IMG/VR virus record: IMGVR_UViG_3300046005_001038
Span: 1-64,000 of that record
Direction: 5' to 3' (one strand)
Origin: a virus
DNA length: 64,000 nt
Below, piece after piece: positions 1 through 8,951 of this stretch (positions are counted from its first letter, which is position 1; each line of letters opens with the position of its first letter). Under the pieces are notes generated by a model that was not told the origin of the DNA, ran no database searches, and worked only from the letters and a program-made list of their open reading frames with translations. The position numbers were made by a program, and so were the translations under genes.

Positions 1-84
1 AAGAGCAATATGGGAGTGTGACCAAGAATTACTCTCCGAACACATGGATGTTAAAAATAAATACCGAGAGATTTGATTATTAAG

Positions 85-113
85 TTTACTTTATGGTAAT
101 TATGTGATACGAT
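85..113 (+). promoter_or_regulatory. sigma70-type promoter of first homing endonuclease
   Basis: TTTACT-17 nt-TACGAT with TG extension. Confidence 0.55.
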
Positions 114-116
114 AGT

Positions 117-216
117 TAAATGCAGATAGGTTCGCTACCGATAAGCCCTTTAGTAAGGTTTCTGCATTTAGTATCCACTATTCACATTATCCAATTACTA
201 TAAGGATTCACAAATT
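117..216 (+). ncRNA. structured 5' leader, copy 1 of homing-endonuclease leader motif
   Basis: 10-bp stem TAAATGCAGA/TCTGCATTTA enclosing two hairpins; homologous to 8855-8951 and 63920-64000. Confidence 0.65.
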
Positions 217-924
217 ATGACAAAAGAAGTAAAATTAAAAGAAAAAGATTTTTATGTTTATACACATTCTCTCGAAGGAGAACCTCCATTTTATGTCGGT
301 AAGGGACTTTTAAAAAGAGTTAAGTTGATTTCACGAAAAAACAAATATCACACAAATATAGTAAATAAATACGGAAAAGAAAATATCATTGTTCGTTCAA
401 TGTTATGTAGGTCTGAACAACACGCTTTAGATTTAGAGGTTAAAATGATAGCTGCTTTAAGAAATGGCGGTGTGAAACTTACCAATATGACAGATGGAGG
501 AGAAGGAGCATCAGGATATATTACATCCGAAGAAACTAGAATTAAACTGTCTGTTGCAAACACGGGTAAGATTCGGTCTGATGAAACCAGAGCTAAAATC
601 TCGGTAGCTGCCACAGGTAGAGTTATTTCTGAAGAAACAAGGGAAAAGCTATCTACATCACATAAAGGCAATGCTATATCCGATGAAACAAAAGCTAAAA
701 TTAAAGCTGCTGCTATTGGAAGGGTTAAGTCTGAAGAACATCGAGCAAAGTTAGCCGCAGCTCAAACTGGAAAAGTCTATTCTGAAGAATCCAAAGCTAA
801 AATGTCAGCATCTAAAAAAGGTCGTGTTATACCAGATGAACATAAAGCTAAATTATCCGCCGCTGCTAAATCATATTGGAAGAAACGAAAACTAGATGAA
901 ATGACTATCGTAACAGTAGAATAA
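217..924 (+). CDS. GIY-YIG homing endonuclease with NUMOD3-like repeats
   Basis: YVY...YVG N-terminal motif, NMTDGGEG, about 7 tandem S.ET(R/K)AK(I/L)S repeats. Confidence 0.9.
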   Translation: MTKEVKLKEKDFYVYTHSLEGEPPFYVGKGLLKRVKLISRKNKYHTNIVNKYGKENIIVRSMLCRSEQHALDLEVKMIAALRNGGVKLTNMTDGGEGASGYITSEETRIKLSVANTGKIRSDETRAKISVAATGRVISEETREKLSTSHKGNAISDETKAKIKAAAIGRVKSEEHRAKLAAAQTGKVYSEESKAKMSASKKGRVIPDEHKAKLSAAAKSYWKKRKLDEMTIVTVE

Positions 925-988
925 TTCTTAAATATCGGTTCACGGGAGTCCGACCAAAACTCCCAAACTATCGTAAGGAGAATTTGAA

Positions 989-1294
989 ATGATAATTTAT
1001 ATTGAAAAGCCCGAAGGCACAGTATCCATGAAAGAAATCGTCAGTATCACAGGTGCGTTAACGGAAACACTCAGAGGTAGACTTCGTAAAGCAAAAGTGA
1101 TTCCAATCGGACTATTGAAGGTCGGATGTCACAAAACGAATCTGTACATTCAAGCACAGGTACAACACATTTTAGATGATGATTATTCTAATCACAAGAA
1201 ACAGGTGAGATACTGTAAACGTAAAGATGTGGATACATTAGAACATCCATTTTCCAACACATTGGCGTTACAAGTAATTAGAGGTGGGTTATGA
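989..1294 (+). CDS. hypothetical protein, possible HTH DNA-binding
   Basis: AAGGAG RBS; SMKEIVSITG..TETLRGRLRK pattern. Confidence 0.5.
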   Translation: MIIYIEKPEGTVSMKEIVSITGALTETLRGRLRKAKVIPIGLLKVGCHKTNLYIQAQVQHILDDDYSNHKKQVRYCKRKDVDTLEHPFSNTLALQVIRGGL

Positions 1295-1584
1295 GTGTTA
1301 AAACGGGAGATTGTATTTACTTTGTACACCATAGGTTGAACGAAATAAAAGAAATTGTAGTAACAGAAGAACAAGCGGATAATATCAACCGTAAATTCGT
1401 TGATTTTGAATTACAGAACCTATTGCAGATGCGAATGTTCGATAACTATAACGATGCTGAAAAGTTCTTATCGGAATTAAACGAATCGTTAATCGCGCAT
1501 TATGAACGTGATATTGAATTGATAACTGATAAAATTGAATTTTTGAAAACACAGAAACCTAGACTAATTAGAGGTGTGATATGA
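1291..1584 (+). CDS. hypothetical protein
   Basis: ATGA-coupled ORF. Confidence 0.6.
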   Translation: MSVKTGDCIYFVHHRLNEIKEIVVTEEQADNINRKFVDFELQNLLQMRMFDNYNDAEKFLSELNESLIAHYERDIELITDKIEFLKTQKPRLIRGVI

Positions 1585-2462
1585 AACCATTTAAACCAAT
1601 GTTAGCTGCAACTATCAAAGATGTAGGGAAAGATGTAAAGTTCCCATGTGAAGTGAGCTTAAAGCTCGATGGAGTGCGGATGATTGTGATTGATTCAGTT
1701 TGTATGAGTCGAAGTATGAAACCTATTCCAAACCTAGCAATTCAAGCAAAATTCGGTAGACCTGAATTCAACGGATTAGATGGAGAATTGATTGTGGGAC
1801 AACCTAACGCTGAAGATGTGTTTAACCTGACTACAAGTCAAGTGATGACAATTAAGGGTTCAACAGCAGGTGTCACCTTCCATGTGTTCGATATGATTAC
1901 TGAAGGTACTAGAAAATTAAAGTTAAATAACATAGATTCGTTAGCTTTTATTCACCCTGAAATTAAACCCGTGTACAATGAAACCTGTGACTCCCTAGCA
2001 GATGTATTAAGTTTAGAAGAACGTGCCTTATCGTGCGGTTATGAAGGGATTATGATACGTTGCAAAGACGGTTACAAACAAGGTCGCAGTACCATTAAAG
2101 AAGGTTATTTGATGAAGCTAAAACGATTCGCGCAAGATGAGTGTATTGTTGTCGGATTTGAAGAAAAAATGACAAATCAAAATCTATCCTTTACAAACGA
2201 AGTTGGTGCGACAGCAAGAAGTTCGAGCAAAGCAGGGTTAGTTCCGACAGGTACATTAGGAGCTGTTAATGTGATGGATATCGTAACAGGTGTTGAATTT
2301 AGTATTGGTTCTGGTTTTAATGATGAATTACGTCAAGAAATTTGGAATAATCAAGATGATTATGTTGGTAAAATAATTACCTATAAACATTTTCCTATCG
2401 GTGTTGTTAGCAAGCCAAGATTGCCCACTTTTATCGGATTCCGCCACGAGGATGATATGTGA
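1581..2462 (+). CDS. ATP-dependent DNA ligase
   Basis: KPMLA, KLDG adenylation motif, LDGEL, FD, EGIMIR, IGSGF, PRLPTF. Confidence 0.95.
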   Translation: MKPFKPMLAATIKDVGKDVKFPCEVSLKLDGVRMIVIDSVCMSRSMKPIPNLAIQAKFGRPEFNGLDGELIVGQPNAEDVFNLTTSQVMTIKGSTAGVTFHVFDMITEGTRKLKLNNIDSLAFIHPEIKPVYNETCDSLADVLSLEERALSCGYEGIMIRCKDGYKQGRSTIKEGYLMKLKRFAQDECIVVGFEEKMTNQNLSFTNEVGATARSSSKAGLVPTGTLGAVNVMDIVTGVEFSIGSGFNDELRQEIWNNQDDYVGKIITYKHFPIGVVSKPRLPTFIGFRHEDDM

Positions 2463-2707
2463 TGAATAAAATGAAAAAGTTACATAGAATCATTCCTAGT
2501 TGGAGTCGTTCAGATGAATATAAGCAGACTTTAACAACACTAGAATTGTTAGATGAAGGAATGAAATACTGTGAAACGAAGTCTTGGAAAATAAGATTCT
2601 TGACAGAATGTATGGGTAGAATGATTGATGAGTTAGGTGTAGATACTCGCACAGTGCTAAGAATCTTAGATTTAGAAAATACTTTTAACGAGGTTGAAGA
2701 TGAATAA
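2459..2707 (+). CDS. hypothetical protein
   Basis: coupled ORF. Confidence 0.55.
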   Translation: MMNKMKKLHRIIPSWSRSDEYKQTLTTLELLDEGMKYCETKSWKIRFLTECMGRMIDELGVDTRTVLRILDLENTFNEVEDE

Positions 2708-2954
2708 ATACGAAGAATTTAAGCTCAAATGTATTGAGCGTACTGACGATGAAGGTTATATATCCGAAGGATTTGTACTTAAAATAAATGGTTATGAGGT
2801 ACGTTATCTGTATATTGATGAAGATGAACGAGAATTTATATTCGTTGATTATGTTGGTGGAATTACGCTATCGAATAACATTTATGCGTTTGAGGTGGAT
2901 GAAAATCGCGAGTATAAAATTGAATGGTTTGTGTTGGAGAAAGAAGATGTTTAA
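2700..2954 (+). CDS. hypothetical protein
   Basis: GAGG RBS, acidic ORF. Confidence 0.55.
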   Translation: MNKYEEFKLKCIERTDDEGYISEGFVLKINGYEVRYLYIDEDEREFIFVDYVGGITLSNNIYAFEVDENREYKIEWFVLEKEDV

Positions 2955-3516
2955 ATTTAAACGTGATGACTTAGTTATTATCAAAAATACGATAGGTACG
3001 AGAAACGAAGTGTTCTCGATAAAATCAGTTGATAAGGAGTGTGGGTTCTATATTAGTGCGGATGGACGCGCTTATCGAGAAGATGAAATTGAATTATGGA
3101 GTCCGATGAAAGATTTAACTGGAGGGTATAAAATGAAAAAAGTAGAATTAGGTAAGAAGTATAAAACAAACGATGGGCGTTCAGTTGAACTAATCGCTAT
3201 TTGTGATAAGTTAGGTAAACCTGTAATCGGTATCGTTGATGGGCATAGTGAAATAACACAATGGACTATAGATGGTCGTAAATGGAAAGAAGATGCTGAT
3301 GTGTATTTAGATTTGGTTGAAGTCGCACCTTACGCTGATTTTAAAGTGGATGATAAGGTATCGGTATATCACGCTAATACTGATTCTTATACACACTATC
3401 ATTTTGCAGGTATTGATGATAATGGTAATGCTCTGGTATTTGCTAACGGAGAATCATCATGGACTACGAATGGTACAGTGTTATACTTTAACAATGTTTT
3501 AAAAGGAGATTTGTGA
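2947..3516 (+). CDS. hypothetical protein (possible in-frame second start near 3132)
   Basis: GGAG RBS before 2947 and GGAGG before MKKVELGK; YKTNDGRSV pattern. Confidence 0.6.
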   Translation: MFKFKRDDLVIIKNTIGTRNEVFSIKSVDKECGFYISADGRAYREDEIELWSPMKDLTGGYKMKKVELGKKYKTNDGRSVELIAICDKLGKPVIGIVDGHSEITQWTIDGRKWKEDADVYLDLVEVAPYADFKVDDKVSVYHANTDSYTHYHFAGIDDNGNALVFANGESSWTTNGTVLYFNNVLKGDL

Positions 3517-3668
3517 TGACTAACAAATATGGCTTAAAAGATGTGAGAACGATGATTGAACGGCTTGCACATTATTATTCAACACAGTTTCCTGACAATT
3601 CCGATGTTGAAAATTGGCTAATGGCTGAGAACGAAGTTTTAGAGATTGTAGAAAATCGTAAGATTTGA
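3516..3668 (+). CDS. small DUF2934-like protein (50 aa, not in ORF track)
   Basis: MTNKYG...IERLAHYY...NWLMAENEV; AAGGAG RBS. Confidence 0.5.
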   Translation: MTNKYGLKDVRTMIERLAHYYSTQFPDNSDVENWLMAENEVLEIVENRKI

Positions 3669-3744
3669 TTGACAACAACGCAAATTACTTTAAAATAAGT
3701 TCCGAAGTCGAGGTTTTCTTGCTTCGGAATCTAGGAGAATAAAA

Positions 3745-3918
3745 ATGGAAACATGGGTACTAATAATTATTTTACTTGGTGGTAACTCACCTGTGATTTC
3801 TTCAGTTGAGTTTAAAGGTAAAGAAAATTGTATGACAGCTAAATCAGATTTGCATAATTCAACTGTTATAGGACGGTCTAAAATTGACTGTTATTTGAAA
3901 TATGGAGAGTTAAAATGA
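3745..3918 (+). CDS. small membrane-anchored/exported protein (57 aa)
   Basis: METWVLIIILLGG hydrophobic N-terminus, F..KENC; AGGAG RBS; upstream TTGACA promoter. Confidence 0.55.
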   Translation: METWVLIIILLGGNSPVISSVEFKGKENCMTAKSDLHNSTVIGRSKIDCYLKYGELK

Positions 3919-4072
3919 AAGTGAAAGAATTGATTGAATTACTATCTGTAATGAATGAAGAATTAGAAGTTAAGACCTTTAGTAAGGTTGCTGGTTATGT
4001 TCCATTGGAGTATTCAGAAGTTAGTTATACAGTAGAATATGAAGATGAAGTTGGTTTTATTGTGATAGGAGA

Positions 4073-4882
4073 ATGAAAATGAGTTTATTAAGTACGGCAA
4101 TTAAAGCAACACAAAAGCAAGGAATGCGTGCTTGTTTGTATGGTCTGGAAGGAGTAGGCAAGTCTAGCCTTGCTGGGAGCTTGAATAATACGTTATATAT
4201 TGCTGCTGAAAAAGGGTACACTAACTTAGATTTAGAACGCAATACCGTTGTTGAAATCAATGAATTTACAGATTTGTTGAACTTGTTTTCAGAAGTCAAC
4301 AGTTTGATTTCATCAGGTGAAAATAAATTTGAAAATATCGTTATTGATTCTGTATCAGCAGTAGAACGAATGTTACACAGATATATTATTAGTACCGACC
4401 CTAAGTCTGTTAATAATCCAAATATCACAATGCTCTCAGCTCTGACAGGTTATGGGTCTGCGTTTAACGTAGCTAATCGGTATTTTACGGACGTATTAGC
4501 ATGGGGGGATTTCTTCGTATCGCAAGGAATTAACTTTATTTTTACGGCACATTGTTTTACGGACGTGCAGAAGGATAGTGAATATCAGATGGAGTTCAAT
4601 TTCATTGACGTAAATTTATATTCACCCAAGTCCAGTAAAAATATAGGAACTCGCGAACTTCTCACACAATTCGTAGATTTGTTAGGATATTTACATTTTA
4701 GTAAGCCTGATAACAATAACGATAAACCTAAGCGTGTTTTAGGTGTTCAGCTTAACGATAGATACCGTGCTAAAAACAGATTTGATGTTGACGATGTTAT
4801 CACAATCCCTCGCGACAACGCTTGGAACGCTGTAGCAGACGTTATTTTAGAATGTTCAGGCAAAGACTACCGTACAACTTAA
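4073..4882 (+). CDS. Sak4-like AAA ATPase / recombinase
   Basis: Walker A YGLEGVGKSS, Walker B IVIDS, FTAH, AKNRF; near SSB and nuclease genes. Confidence 0.85.
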   Translation: MKMSLLSTAIKATQKQGMRACLYGLEGVGKSSLAGSLNNTLYIAAEKGYTNLDLERNTVVEINEFTDLLNLFSEVNSLISSGENKFENIVIDSVSAVERMLHRYIISTDPKSVNNPNITMLSALTGYGSAFNVANRYFTDVLAWGDFFVSQGINFIFTAHCFTDVQKDSEYQMEFNFIDVNLYSPKSSKNIGTRELLTQFVDLLGYLHFSKPDNNNDKPKRVLGVQLNDRYRAKNRFDVDDVITIPRDNAWNAVADVILECSGKDYRTT

Positions 4883-4936
4883 AACCTTTCGCTTCGCGCA
4901 CACAAGGACGTGTTATTTAATTTTGGAGATAGTAAA

Positions 4937-5485
4937 ATGAACAAAGACCAAATTGAAAAACTAATTGATGATGCAAACCTATCATCAACAGCTTCGTTTC
5001 GTATTAGAGAATGGTTTGCTCAGAACACCTTAGTTTCAACAGAAACTAAGGTTGTAGGACTTAATGATTCACAGGTTAAAGCATTGGGAAAAGTAATCCA
5101 TCAAAAATCAATGAATCTAACACTATTTGAAGCAGAAACTTTAGTTGAAAGTTGGCTTAAAACTCAAACCTTTTCACAACAGATGCGTTGTATTGATTGG
5201 GACAATGCACCTGATGACGCTGTAAATGCAGTTGTTTTCGTCCAGTTTTATAATAAAGATAATGTATCAATTAGATGTTGTGACACACTAGGTAAATTTG
5301 AACGCCCCACCCCGCCCGCAACTCGCGTTGAGGTTGGGCAGGTTTGGGATTTTCACGGCAGTTCGGTAGAAATAGTTATGGTTACTGAATTTCAGATTGT
5401 AATGAAATCAATTGAAACAGGTAATTTAAGTATTGATGATGACATTGACGATTTCATTGAAAAATTTAGACGGCTGCAGCCATGA
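4937..5485 (+). CDS. hypothetical protein
   Basis: GGAG RBS; IDWDNAPDDA and VEVGQVW phage-type motifs. Confidence 0.6.
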   Translation: MNKDQIEKLIDDANLSSTASFRIREWFAQNTLVSTETKVVGLNDSQVKALGKVIHQKSMNLTLFEAETLVESWLKTQTFSQQMRCIDWDNAPDDAVNAVVFVQFYNKDNVSIRCCDTLGKFERPTPPATRVEVGQVWDFHGSSVEIVMVTEFQIVMKSIETGNLSIDDDIDDFIEKFRRLQP

Positions 5486-5682
5486 TTAAGTTAATGGGTT
5501 ATCGCAAAGGGTTTGACATACCAGCACCTCTTGAATTCGCACGATGGAATTATCTACCGAGTGTGAAGGAACTTAGAAAGTACGTTAAACCGCCTGATGA
5601 CTATGGTTTTGAGTTTATGTTGCGCGATAGGCAAGTTCTCTTTAATAAAACTTGGTTCTACTTAGAGAGGGTGCAACCATGA
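5482..5682 (+). CDS. hypothetical protein
   Basis: coupled ORF. Confidence 0.5.
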   Translation: MIKLMGYRKGFDIPAPLEFARWNYLPSVKELRKYVKPPDDYGFEFMLRDRQVLFNKTWFYLERVQP

Positions 5683-5849
5683 GCATAGAAACAAAGCTAA
5701 GAGGGGAACTAATTAGCCAGTTGATGTGTGACAAGGATGAGCTACTTCAAGCCTTGAAAGATTTGTTAGCTGTTGAATGTATTGACGACTACAGCCTAGC
5801 GCATGAAAAAGCGAAGGATGCGATTGCTAAATTTGAGAGGGTTTTATGA
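5679..5849 (+). CDS. hypothetical protein
   Basis: ELLQALKDLL...AKDAIAK phage-type motif. Confidence 0.55.
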   Translation: MSIETKLRGELISQLMCDKDELLQALKDLLAVECIDDYSLAHEKAKDAIAKFERVL

Positions 5850-5969
5850 GTATATGGGCAGTAGTTATCGGGGTATTTTTTGGAATTGTCGTAGGAAACG
5901 CGGTTGGATTATTTGCTGAATCACTGATGGATGATGAACTTGCTAAGCTCGAGCGCGTGGGAGAATAAA

Positions 5970-6164
5970 ATGAAATACGAAAGATATGAAAAGGTAAAAG
6001 ACGCATTGTTCCCAATTTTAGACAGCGGAATTGAGTACGCTAACTGCGTATTGGACGTTTGTGTGGCATTGGAAATACCAACTTCACAGACTTATTCCGA
6101 AATTGAAGAAGAATTTTGGGAGAAAAAGACAGACGGGTTAGAGCGCGAGGGAGGTTCAGAATGA
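5970..6164 (+). CDS. hypothetical protein
   Basis: GGAG RBS. Confidence 0.5.
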   Translation: MKYERYEKVKDALFPILDSGIEYANCVLDVCVALEIPTSQTYSEIEEEFWEKKTDGLEREGGSE

Positions 6165-6234
6165 CCTTTATTGAAATTTACATAATATGCAGCTTTTGTT
6201 TTATTTGTGGCTTCATGGTGAGAGGGTGGTTTGA

Positions 6235-6489
6235 ATGAACACACCTGCACCCTGGACTACAAGATGGATTATGCGTGGTGAAAACAGGCTGCAAGTTGCT
6301 ATCGAGTTTGGTCAGGAAATGACGGCAAATGAATTGGATGCAAATTTGGCTTTGATTGCTGCCGCACCTGACTTATTGGACGCTTTGATTTGCATAGTAA
6401 ACACACATGATTCTCAACAATACACAGACACACTTGTGATTAAACAAGCACGAGAAGTAATTTCTAAAATAAGAGGGGAAACAAAATGA
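6235..6489 (+). CDS. conserved phage hypothetical protein
   Basis: TPAPW...ANLALIAAAPDLLDAL motif. Confidence 0.7.
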   Translation: MNTPAPWTTRWIMRGENRLQVAIEFGQEMTANELDANLALIAAAPDLLDALICIVNTHDSQQYTDTLVIKQAREVISKIRGETK

Positions 6490-6716
6490 TTAATGTACAA
6501 GATATTATGATTAGCTTAAATGTGACAGAACAACAGGTAGCTATTGCTATTTATTCTGGGAGAATCCCAAAACCAAACGATGAGGGTGGGTGGTATCAAC
6601 AGAGCATTCAAATGTACTTAGATTTGTGGGAACAATCGCTAAATAAAAAGCGTAAAGATGTGAGTCGTAACATTGTCACAAGTAGTGGAATGGAATTTCC
6701 AAAACATTCTCGATAA
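6486..6716 (+). CDS. AlpA/Xis-like HTH protein
   Basis: INVQDIMISLNVT....IYSGRIPKP..W pattern. Confidence 0.55.
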   Translation: MINVQDIMISLNVTEQQVAIAIYSGRIPKPNDEGGWYQQSIQMYLDLWEQSLNKKRKDVSRNIVTSSGMEFPKHSR

Positions 6717-6820
6717 AAATGCTTGACTACATCGAAAATAAAAATTAAACTGTGTTTAACTTATGAAGTTGTTAGTCTTCTCTAAAACTAACAAATTATC
6801 AATCTATTGGAGATAGTAAA

Positions 6821-7510
6821 ATGAGTACATTTAATTTTTTCGCTGACACAAACTGGGATGAAGTAAACGAAGCTGGCGAATCAAAACAAGGACTTCCTGA
6901 AGGTGTTGTAAAAGTAATCATTACGGAAAGTGAAGTAAAACCAGGTAACGGTAAAACCGAAGAAGAATCACTTGTTCAACACATCACATTGCAATGTATT
7001 GAAGGTGCGTTCAAAGGTGCTGAAACCAAAGTGTATTATTCTTTGCGTAATCCTAATGAAACTGCGGTAAACATTGCGAAAAGTAACATTAAATCATTGT
7101 GTCTCGCGGTGGGTTCATTTCCAAAGATGTCATTAGCCGAGCTTCACAAGAAGCCCTTTAAAGTTAAAATTGAACATGAACTTCGTAATTTCGTCGATAA
7201 CCGTTCTGGCGCAGCCCGACAAGCAATTAACGCTGTCGTGAAAGGATATTATGCAATCACGACCGAGGTTGTCGGTGAAGATTTACCGCAAGTATCTACT
7301 AAAGAATCGTTAGTTAAGTTAGGTGGTAGTGTAGCTGTTCCTGTAGCGGCTGTAGCACCACAAGGTGCAAGACCTCCTTCTACTCCTCCAGTAGCAACAG
7401 CTCCGCAAGCTCCTAAAGCACCTGTTGCACCTAAAGCTCCTGTTGCACCAGTTGGTGTTACAACTACAGAAGCTGATGTAGACGCTAATCAGCCAGATTG
7501 GCTATCATAA
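6821..7510 (+). CDS. DUF669-like single-stranded DNA-binding protein
   Basis: LPEG.VKVIITESE N-domain, Pro/Ala-rich linker, acidic-aromatic tail QPDWLS. Confidence 0.8.
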   Translation: MSTFNFFADTNWDEVNEAGESKQGLPEGVVKVIITESEVKPGNGKTEEESLVQHITLQCIEGAFKGAETKVYYSLRNPNETAVNIAKSNIKSLCLAVGSFPKMSLAELHKKPFKVKIEHELRNFVDNRSGAARQAINAVVKGYYAITTEVVGEDLPQVSTKESLVKLGGSVAVPVAAVAPQGARPPSTPPVATAPQAPKAPVAPKAPVAPVGVTTTEADVDANQPDWLS

Positions 7511-7540
7511 GCAATTAACGCTGTAATACAACTAATTTTG

Positions 7541-7579
7541 ACCCTGTAGTTTAGCGTAGCGATTGCAGGGTTTTATTTT
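7541..7579 (+). terminator. rho-independent terminator
   Basis: ACCCTGTAGT/ATTGCAGGGT stem followed by T tract. Confidence 0.65.
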
Positions 7580-7774
7580 CTTAGGAGTGGATTAAAATGA
7601 ATCCAGAAAAAGAAATGTGTAGACACAAATCCTTTTTTAGAGTAAAAGAAGATTATAAAGATAAATTGTGGGATATTTGTTTGTATTTAGGCTTAGACGA
7701 TGATGATTATGACAAATTAAGAGATTTGTTTGTTGAAGCGATGAATGATAGTTATGTGGTTGGAGAGAATTAAG

Positions 7775-8710
7775 ATGGGTAAAATAGCACAATATACACC
7801 AGCAACAATCACATTAGAAATGATTGAAGCAACATTGTACGCAAGTCAAGGTACAGAGTATCGAGGATTATTAAAGAAATGGTACAATATAATCGATGAC
7901 GCTTATCGTCCTAGCTCACCAAAGTCACATAGAAATCATCTAGGTTGCTCTGTGATAGGTAAAGAATGCATACGCTCTATTTGGTATGGTAGCAGATGGG
8001 TGTTAGATACTAAATTTAGCGGACGTATGAATTTACTTTTTAACACAGGGAGTCTATATGAAGCAAGATTTTGTGCATTATTAGATTCAATCGGTATTGA
8101 AGTATTGCAAAATGACCCTTCAACTGGACGACAATGGGGTGTATCTTCAGTAAATGGTCACTTCATGGGTTCAGGCGATGGTGTGGCGATAGGTGTGCCT
8201 GATATTCCTAAAGGTGAAAAATGCTTATTGGAAATGAAATCACATGGAGAAAATAGCTTTAAAAAGCTAAAGAAAGTTGGTGTAGTTGAAGCGAAGCCAG
8301 AACACCATATTCAAGTCCAAATGTACCTTGAGTTAATGGGATTAAAATATGCTATGTATATGGCGGTTAATAAAAATACAGATGAGCTTCATTTTGAAAT
8401 TATCGAACATAATACTTATTTAGCAAATCATTTTTTAGAACGAGCTGAAACGATTATTTGGAGTGATTCAGCTCCTAAAAGAGAGTTTAAAGCAGATTCT
8501 ACTGTATGTAAATACTGTGATTACGCGATGTTATGTCACTTAGGCGACACATCTGAGGTCGATAAGTCGTGTCGCACTTGCCGTTGGTCATATCCATCAC
8601 AACATGAAAATGAAAAATCTTCTTGGATTTGTGGTAAATATCAATGTATCATTCCGAAAGAAAAAGCATTAGACGGTTGTTCAAAATGGGAAATGCGAGA
8701 TTTGACATAA
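7775..8710 (+). CDS. Cas4-like PD-(D/E)XK exonuclease
   Basis: HLGCS.IG.EC.R, GSGDG, LLEMKS, QVQMY, CKYCDY..LC cysteines. Confidence 0.85.
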   Translation: MGKIAQYTPATITLEMIEATLYASQGTEYRGLLKKWYNIIDDAYRPSSPKSHRNHLGCSVIGKECIRSIWYGSRWVLDTKFSGRMNLLFNTGSLYEARFCALLDSIGIEVLQNDPSTGRQWGVSSVNGHFMGSGDGVAIGVPDIPKGEKCLLEMKSHGENSFKKLKKVGVVEAKPEHHIQVQMYLELMGLKYAMYMAVNKNTDELHFEIIEHNTYLANHFLERAETIIWSDSAPKREFKADSTVCKYCDYAMLCHLGDTSEVDKSCRTCRWSYPSQHENEKSSWICGKYQCIIPKEKALDGCSKWEMRDLT

Positions 8711-8821
8711 TTTAAATTTGACAATAAGGCGGGTGTAAAGTTTTTAACGCCTTACCAAGTTTGGTTGGCGTTAGTACGGTGTACTAACGGTAGTCGTTTT
8801 GTGATTGAAAACAATAAAGAG

Positions 8822-8850
8822 TTGCTTCAATTACAAGCATGATGTAGAAT
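8822..8850 (+). promoter_or_regulatory. sigma70-type promoter
   Basis: TTGCTT-17 nt-TAGAAT. Confidence 0.6.
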
Positions 8851-8854
8851 TTGT

Positions 8855-8951
8855 ATACGGTCTAGTTCGACGGGACGAAACGGCTTTAGCAACCTTGACC
8901 GTATTTGTAAATGCTAATCACAATAACCTTAATGCTATAGAGGAATCAAAG
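8855..8951 (+). ncRNA. structured 5' leader, copy 2 of homing-endonuclease leader motif
   Basis: stem ATACGGTC/GACCGTAT, TAG, hairpin, GAAA, hairpin with loop CTTTAGCAA. Confidence 0.65.

Noticed and set aside
7775-8710. Cas4-like gene as part of a CRISPR system
   Set aside because: No repeat-spacer array or other cas genes seen; context is a Sak4/SSB recombination module.
8862-8900. GGACGAAAC resembles the hammerhead ribozyme stem II/GAAA
   Set aside because: No CUGANGA core in the required position; better explained by the endonuclease leader motif.
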